A stretch of DNA of 64,000 nt from Candidatus Hadarchaeota archaeon (GTDB lineage Archaea; Hadarchaeota; Hadarchaeia; Hadarchaeales; JAGGTB01): NCBI GenBank assembly GCA_964384105.1, contig CAYLJV010000001.1, forward strand, positions 348,900 to 412,899, in the 5' to 3' direction. The notes below the pieces were generated by a model, which saw only the letters and a list, made by a program, of their open reading frames with translations, was not told the origin of the DNA and did no database searches. The translations under genes and the position numbers were made by a program. Below are positions 58,440-64,000 of the stretch, piece by piece (the stretch's first letter is position 1; the number at the start of each line of letters is the position of its first letter).

Positions 58440-58469
58440 GGTTAGAAGACTAGAATGTTGGTGTAATTT

Positions 58470-59270
58470 GTGAAAATTTGCGTTTGCGTGAAAAGGGTGC
58501 CTGCTTCTTTGGAGGACATTGAACTCACGGAAAGTGGGGAAATAGAAGAGAAATACTTGAGTTTCGGTATTAATGAGTACGATACTTATTCTCTCGAGGA
58601 AGCAGTGCAATTGAAGGAGAATATCGGTGGGGAAGTAATTGTCGTGATTTTGGGACCTGAAGAAGCAAATGAGATTGCAAAACAGTGTATCGCAAAGGGT
58701 GCAGATCGAGCTATAAGAATATTCGATCAATCGTTACATGAAAAACAGATAGAAGATGTTTACTGTAAATCGATGATCATGAAAAATGTTTTTGAAGACT
58801 TAAATCCCGATTTGATCTTTACTGGAGCACAGTCAAACGATGGATGCCACGCTCAGTTTGGAGTTACGTTGGCAGCTTTATTGGGTTTTCATTATGCATC
58901 GTTAGTTTCTGAATTAGATCTGAATTTCGATTCCAAAAAGGCTATAGTTCAAAGAGAACTTGAGGGAGGTATAGAAGAAAAAGTAGAAATAAGCTTACCA
59001 GCTGTTCTTACTGTCCAAACAGGTTTAAACGAACCCAGATATGCTTCTCTTATGGCGATAAGAAGGGTTAATGATTCAAATATTGAATTTAAGGATTTTG
59101 ATAGCATTGGATTAGATGCAAGGGATCTAGAAGAGACCTTTTTTATGACAGAAATAGAAAGGCTTTACAAGCCTCCAGAAACTGAAATGGCAGAAATTTT
59201 TGAAGGGTCTCCTGAAGAATCAGCTTCCAAATTGTTTGATAAATTGGATGAAGATGGCTTGGTGAATTAA
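58470..59270 (+). CDS. etfB: Electron transfer flavoprotein beta subunit
   Basis: VCVKRVP, INEYD..SLEEA, GADRA, GAQSND, RELEGG and LNEPRYASL. Confidence 0.95.
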   Translation: MKICVCVKRVPASLEDIELTESGEIEEKYLSFGINEYDTYSLEEAVQLKENIGGEVIVVILGPEEANEIAKQCIAKGADRAIRIFDQSLHEKQIEDVYCKSMIMKNVFEDLNPDLIFTGAQSNDGCHAQFGVTLAALLGFHYASLVSELDLNFDSKKAIVQRELEGGIEEKVEISLPAVLTVQTGLNEPRYASLMAIRRVNDSNIEFKDFDSIGLDARDLEETFFMTEIERLYKPPETEMAEIFEGSPEESASKLFDKLDEDGLVN

Positions 59271-59271
59271 A

Positions 59272-60237
59272 ATGGTTTTTGTTTTGGTCGAACATAGAGA
59301 TGGTGAAATAAGAGATATAACCTTTGAAATGTTGCGCTTAGCTTGGGACATTAAAAGTAAAGATGATAAGGAAAAGGTGACCGCAATATTGTTTGCAGAA
59401 GATACAGAGGGTTTATTTTCAGAATTGGATTCTTGGGCCGATGAAGTTTTAACATTTGCCGATCCTAAATTGAAAAATTTTAACGCCGATGTTTACAGAC
59501 AACTATTGGAGTCAGTCATTAAAGAGAGAAATCCGAAATTGATTATCTTGGGTCATACTGCTCAGGGGATTAATTTAGCTCCGGCGGTTTCAGCTGATCT
59601 TGGTATCCCTCTGGTGACCTCTGTGAGACACTTAGAGAGGTATGATGGTGGCCCTATAGTTATGCGAACTATGTATGGGGAAAAAATTAATTCAGATATT
59701 AAATTTAAAAAAAGAGATCAGTATATGATTACACTCCAAGCTGGATCTTTTGCTATCGATGAATCACCAGGTGCTACTACCGAAATGGTTGAGATGGACT
59801 TGTCTATTAATGATGACGATATTTTTCAGAAATTTTTGGGCTTTATAGAACCTGAAATAGGTGAAGTCGATATATCTTCATCTGAATTTCTTGTAGCCGT
59901 TGGACGAGGTATAGGTGAAAAAGCTAATATGGACATTATCGAGGAACTTGCGGATCTTTTAAATGCCGATATATGTTGCTCTAGACCGGTTATAGACAAT
60001 GGATGGCTTTCTAAAGATAGGCAAGTTGGGCAAAGTGGTAAGTACGTTAAGCCAAAGCTCTATGTGGCCGTAGGAATTAGTGGTGCTCTTCAACACACGA
60101 TTGGGATTAAGGGAGGTACAATAGTCGCAATTAATAAGGATGCCCAAGCTCCAATATTCAAATTTGCAGATTATGGAATTGTTGGAGATTTGTTTGATGT
60201 TGTACCTGCACTCGTCGATAAACTAAAAGAATCATAG
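59272..60237 (+). CDS. etfA: Electron transfer flavoprotein alpha subunit
   Basis: VAVGRGIG, CCSRPVID, QVGQSGK, GISGALQH and AINKDAQAPIF. Confidence 0.95.
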   Translation: MVFVLVEHRDGEIRDITFEMLRLAWDIKSKDDKEKVTAILFAEDTEGLFSELDSWADEVLTFADPKLKNFNADVYRQLLESVIKERNPKLIILGHTAQGINLAPAVSADLGIPLVTSVRHLERYDGGPIVMRTMYGEKINSDIKFKKRDQYMITLQAGSFAIDESPGATTEMVEMDLSINDDDIFQKFLGFIEPEIGEVDISSSEFLVAVGRGIGEKANMDIIEELADLLNADICCSRPVIDNGWLSKDRQVGQSGKYVKPKLYVAVGISGALQHTIGIKGGTIVAINKDAQAPIFKFADYGIVGDLFDVVPALVDKLKES

Positions 60238-60335
60238 TGAATACTGGTGGCGGTCCTCTTTATTGCTCTTTAATCATAATCCCCAATTTCTTCAACGTAA
60301 AGTTTATATATGGGTGAGGCGGAGTTAACCATAAC

Positions 60336-61475
60336 TTGGTGATTCTTTTGGAAAGTACAGTTCCCGATTCAGAGGAAAGAGATAGAATAAAGAGTTATTT
60401 CAAGGCTGACATAGATTTTTGCTACCAATGTGGTGGATGTACAGGAGTATGTCCTTGGGGTGAGCTGACAGATTTTAATCCCAGGAAACTCATTCGTATT
60501 GCTCAACTGGGTTTATCAAATCTGACTTCCGAGGATATATGGTATTGCACATCTTGCTCCGAGTGTGTTGATCATTGTCCTCACCAAATTCTAGTACCCG
60601 AGATTATGAGTAGTCTTAGAGCGTCTAATATTGAGAAGGGGAAATTACCAAAACCAGCCCAGGAGGCACTTGAAAGCTTATATAGCTTAGGAAACCCTTG
60701 GGGTGGCAGTAAAAGGAAAAGAATAGAATGGACTAAAGATCTGAATATAAGCGAATATGAAGACCAAGAGGTTCTTTGGTGGGTGGGTTGTACCCCTGCT
60801 TATGATGAAAGAAGTCAGGAAGTAGCGAAGGTTTTAACAAAAATTTTTGATGCGATAGACGTTGATTTCGGAATTCTTGGGCTGGAAGAGCAGTGTTGCG
60901 CAGAAATGGCTTTATGGTTGGGGGAGGTGGGACTTTTTGAAAGCTTTGTTGAGAAAAATTTAGAGATTTTTAAAAATTCGGGAGCAGAAAAGATAATCAC
61001 CACATCTCCGCACTGTTATGATGTTTTTAGGAATAGATATCCGGATATTGGAATTGACTTTTTGCATTATACACAGTATTTACATGAAAAGTTAGGTGAT
61101 TTTAGATTTTCAAATGAATTCAATTTCAACGTTATTTATCAGGATCCTTGCACTCTTGCTCGTCGTAACGAAGTCTACGAAGAACCACGGGTTCTTTTAC
61201 AGAAAGTGCCAGGTCTGAACTTATTGGAATTGGATAAAAACAGAGGGATGGCTCTGTGCTGTGGAGGTGGTGGTGGCAGAATTTTGATGGAAACCGATCC
61301 TGAAGAGAGATTCTCGAATATTATCCTCGAAAATGCTTTGAATAAAGGTGCTGAAGTTCTTGCTACGACATGTCCGTTTTGCCTGCTAAATTTTGAGGAT
61401 AGTGTAAAGACGCTTGGCGTTGAAGATCAAATTAGAATAATGGACATCTCGGAAATCTTGTTTAAAGCTCTTTGA
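60336..61475 (+). CDS. HdrD-like (Fe-S)-binding CCG-domain protein
   Basis: CYQCGGCTGVCP, CTSCSECVDHCP, WVGC, QCC, QDPC, CCGGGGG and TCPFC. Confidence 0.88.
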   Translation: MVILLESTVPDSEERDRIKSYFKADIDFCYQCGGCTGVCPWGELTDFNPRKLIRIAQLGLSNLTSEDIWYCTSCSECVDHCPHQILVPEIMSSLRASNIEKGKLPKPAQEALESLYSLGNPWGGSKRKRIEWTKDLNISEYEDQEVLWWVGCTPAYDERSQEVAKVLTKIFDAIDVDFGILGLEEQCCAEMALWLGEVGLFESFVEKNLEIFKNSGAEKIITTSPHCYDVFRNRYPDIGIDFLHYTQYLHEKLGDFRFSNEFNFNVIYQDPCTLARRNEVYEEPRVLLQKVPGLNLLELDKNRGMALCCGGGGGRILMETDPEERFSNIILENALNKGAEVLATTCPFCLLNFEDSVKTLGVEDQIRIMDISEILFKAL

Positions 61476-61485
61476 GGAGATAAAA

Positions 61486-63462
61486 TTGACGAATGATAAA
61501 GATGAAAGAATAGGAGTATATGTTTGCCATTGCGGGACAAATATAGCGGGGACTGTTGATGTTAAAGAAGTTGTCAAATTTGCTGCTAATTTAGACGGTG
61601 TAGTCGTTTCTAGGGATTATGAATTTATGTGTTCGGATCTTGGACAAAAGCTGATAGCAAAAGATATTGAAAAATTAGATTTGAATAGGGTAGTAGTCGC
61701 TGCTTGTTCTCCGACGCTCCATGAAGAGACTTTTATGCGAGTTATGGAGAATGCGGGGTTAAATAGATTTGAATTTTTACAAGCAAATATAAGGGAATTA
61801 TGTTCGTGGGTAACTATTGATGGGTTGAAGGCAACAGAAAAAGCAAAGAGATTAGTTAAGGCTGCAGTTAACAGAGTCATAGAGCATGACCCTATAGAAA
61901 TTCGCGAAATTGAAGTTACCCCTAAGGCTTTGGTGGTTGGAGGTGGCATTGCGGGTATAGAGGCTGCTTTGGATATTGCAGGTTCAGGTAAGGAAGTATA
62001 CCTGATTGAAAAATCTCCTAGTATTGGGGGTCATATGGCTAAGCTTGATAAGACCTTTCCGACACTTGACTGTTCTAGTTGTATTCTTACTCCTAAAATG
62101 GGTGAAGTTTTACATAGTCCTAAAATATCTCTGATGACTTACACCGAGGTAGAATCTGTCGATGGATTTCCTGGGAATTACAAGGTCAGATTAAGGAAGA
62201 ATGCTAGGTACGTTGATGAGGAGAAGTGCAATGGTTGTGGTATTTGTCAGGAGAAATGCCCGGCAAAGGTACCTAGTGAATTTAATGAAGGAATGAGTAA
62301 TAGAAAAGCTATATATATTCCGTTTCCGCAGGCGGTTCCTCAAGTTCCGGTTATAGATGAGGGAAACTGTATATACCTTGCTACTGGTAAGTGCCGAACT
62401 TGTCAATTAAATTGTCCTCGTGATGCGATAGATTTTGAGCAGAAAGATGAAATAGTTGAGATTGAGGTAGGGAATATAATTATTGCAACAGGTTACGAGC
62501 TTTTTGATCCTAGTGAGCTTGAACGCTATGGATATAGAAAATACGATAATGTGCTAACTTCTCTAGAAGCCGAAAGAATGATTGACTCAAGTGGACCTAC
62601 TGGAGGAAAAATTTTGCTCTCTGATGGAGGGGAACCAGAGAGCGTGGCTATAATACATTGTGTTGGTAGTAGAGACAAAAATTTTCATGAATATTGCTCT
62701 AAGGTTTGTTGCATGTATTCTATGAAATTGGCCCACCTTATTAGAGAGAAAACTGGGGCCAATATTTACGAATTTTATATGGATATTCGTGCTGGTGGTA
62801 AAGGGTATGAAGAATTTTACAATAGATTACAGGAGGAGGGAGTAGTGTTCGTCAGGGGAAAACCGGGGAATATAGAAATAATCAGTGAAGAGGATCAATT
62901 AGTTGTAAAATCGGAGGATACCTTACTGGGGCAGAGGATTAATGTTCCAGTTAATATGGTGATACTTAGTCCTGCAATGATACCTAGTACTGATTCTGAT
63001 AAGATTTCTAATGCATTTGCCATAAGTCGTGATAAGGATGGTTTTTTCATGGAGAGACATCCTAAGTTAGCACCGGTTAATACTTCAAGCGATGGTATAT
63101 TCTTGGCAGGTGCTTGTCAGGGACCAAAAGACATTCCTGAATCAGTAGCTCAAGGTGCCGCTTCTGCGGAGGAAGCTGTTAAGATGATTGATGCAGGTGT
63201 ACTAAGGCTTGAGCCTTATGTCTCCAAGATCGATGAGGATATTTGCGCAGGTTGTAAGATTTGTATAAGCGTTTGCCCCTTCGATGCTATAGAGTTTGAT
63301 GAGGAAAAGGGCGTGTCAAGAGTGGAGGAAACTCTTTGTAAGGGATGTGGCACTTGTGTTTCGGTTTGTCCTTCTGGAGCTGCTGATCAATTTGGATATA
63401 GGGACAAGCAGATTTTTGCGGAAGTTATATCGAATGCTGGTAGATTGGAGGAAAGGTTGTAA
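61486..63462 (+). CDS. hdrA: Heterodisulfide reductase subunit A (flavin/Fe-S)
   Basis: CHCG, VAACSP, GGGIAG, TFPTLDCSSC, two ferredoxin motifs, CVGSRD..CSKVCC and GACQGP. Confidence 0.95.
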   Translation: MTNDKDERIGVYVCHCGTNIAGTVDVKEVVKFAANLDGVVVSRDYEFMCSDLGQKLIAKDIEKLDLNRVVVAACSPTLHEETFMRVMENAGLNRFEFLQANIRELCSWVTIDGLKATEKAKRLVKAAVNRVIEHDPIEIREIEVTPKALVVGGGIAGIEAALDIAGSGKEVYLIEKSPSIGGHMAKLDKTFPTLDCSSCILTPKMGEVLHSPKISLMTYTEVESVDGFPGNYKVRLRKNARYVDEEKCNGCGICQEKCPAKVPSEFNEGMSNRKAIYIPFPQAVPQVPVIDEGNCIYLATGKCRTCQLNCPRDAIDFEQKDEIVEIEVGNIIIATGYELFDPSELERYGYRKYDNVLTSLEAERMIDSSGPTGGKILLSDGGEPESVAIIHCVGSRDKNFHEYCSKVCCMYSMKLAHLIREKTGANIYEFYMDIRAGGKGYEEFYNRLQEEGVVFVRGKPGNIEIISEEDQLVVKSEDTLLGQRINVPVNMVILSPAMIPSTDSDKISNAFAISRDKDGFFMERHPKLAPVNTSSDGIFLAGACQGPKDIPESVAQGAASAEEAVKMIDAGVLRLEPYVSKIDEDICAGCKICISVCPFDAIEFDEEKGVSRVEETLCKGCGTCVSVCPSGAADQFGYRDKQIFAEVISNAGRLEERL

Positions 63463-63464
63463 TT

Positions 63465-63884
63465 ATGAATGAGTTTGAACCCCGGATAGTAGCTCTTTTA
63501 TGTAGGTGGTGTACTTATCAAGCTGCTGATACTGCAGGTACGAGTAGGATGAAATATCCGTTTAATGTTACCTCTATTAGAGTACCATGCTCTGGTAGAG
63601 TTGATCCCACTTTTGTGCTAAAAGCTTTTGAGGAGGGCGCTGACGGAGTTTTTATCGGTGGATGCCACCCTGGAGAATGCCATTATAGAGAGGGCAACTA
63701 CAGCGCAATGGGTAGGATACCTATTTTGAAGAATTTACTTAGCCAATTTGGCATAGATAAAGAGAGAGTTAGGTTGGAATGGGTTTCTGCTTCCGAACCA
63801 AGTAAGTTTGTCTCAACTGTAACTGATTTTACTGAGGAAATAAGAAAACTTGGGCCTTTGGACTGGGATGAGGTGATACTGTGA
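63465..63884 (+). CDS. mvhD: MvhD [2Fe-2S] subunit
   Basis: CRWCTY, RVPCSGRV, GADGV..GGCHPGECHY and WVSASE. Confidence 0.95.
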   Translation: MNEFEPRIVALLCRWCTYQAADTAGTSRMKYPFNVTSIRVPCSGRVDPTFVLKAFEEGADGVFIGGCHPGECHYREGNYSAMGRIPILKNLLSQFGIDKERVRLEWVSASEPSKFVSTVTDFTEEIRKLGPLDWDEVIL

Positions 63885-64000
63885 GTGAAAAACTAAAGTT
63901 TGCTTTTTATTGGGCTGCGAGTTGTGGTGGTTGCGATGTAGTTGTTTTGGATATAGATGAGAAGATACTGGATATAATTGAGATAGCCGATATCGTTTTT
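63881..64000 (+). CDS. mvhG: MvhG hydrogenase small subunit (3'-truncated by window edge)
   Basis: GTG start overlapping the mvhD stop; translates MSEKLKFAFYWAASCGGCDVVVLDIDEKILDIIEIADIVF (not in the ORF track). Confidence 0.88.
   Translation, partial: MSEKLKFAFYWAASCGGCDVVVLDIDEKILDIIEIADIVF

Noticed and set aside
547-62406. Numerous 60-190 aa antisense or nested ORFs in the six-frame track
   Set aside because: They lie within well-supported genes on the other strand or frame and show no motifs; treated as shadow ORFs.
61486-64000. Selenocysteine (UGA) recoding in HdrA/MvhD
   Set aside because: Both ORFs are uninterrupted, with Cys at the expected positions.
1-64000. Transposase, integrase, rRNA or CRISPR-cas genes
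   Set aside because: No such motifs were seen. The island has no visible flanking att or direct repeat, so mobility is not supported.

Overview
AT-rich DNA from an anaerobic archaeon: BRE/TATA promoters, GGTGA/GAGG ribosome-binding sites, many TTG/GTG starts, a BHB-intron tRNA, a TFB-like gene, and HdrA/MvhD/MvhG. An MSBL1/Hadarchaeota-like lineage is plausible but is only my inference. 1-12.9 kb is mostly housekeeping or accessory: korAB (5'-truncated), tRNA-Ile2(CAU) with a 21-nt intron at non-canonical position 30/31, a secreted 7-blade beta-propeller, DinB, a MoxR/DUF58/transglutaminase operon, and a pseudo-receiver/kinase fusion. 13-64 kb is one continuous redox/catabolic island. It holds 3 SAH/MTA-deaminase-family amidohydrolases, BMP/Nup-type ABC transport (1 binding protein, 2 ATPases, 3 permease pairs), Fe- and Zn-alcohol dehydrogenases, 3 tungsten-AOR-family oxidoreductases, YlmB-like deformylase, TenA, 2 tandem class III aminotransferases, an ACMSD/IDCase-like decarboxylase, an orphan DUF1116 (AllG-like) gene, a Cys-less thiolase with DUF35 and GNAT partners, a Zn-ribbon-less TFB, and an FAD oxidoreductase-CCG-ETF-HdrD-HdrA-MvhDG block. 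Best hypothesis (inference): an anaerobic catabolic pathway for 5-substituted (amino)pyrimidines such as thiamine breakdown products or modified bases. Other notable signals are a ~220-nt GC-rich structured element of unknown type between flavodoxin and tenA, patchwork DNA identity between tandem paralogs, and two shared extended promoter motifs. Family assignments come from motifs I recognised in the translations; no database searches were run. No CRISPR array, rRNA or transposase was seen.
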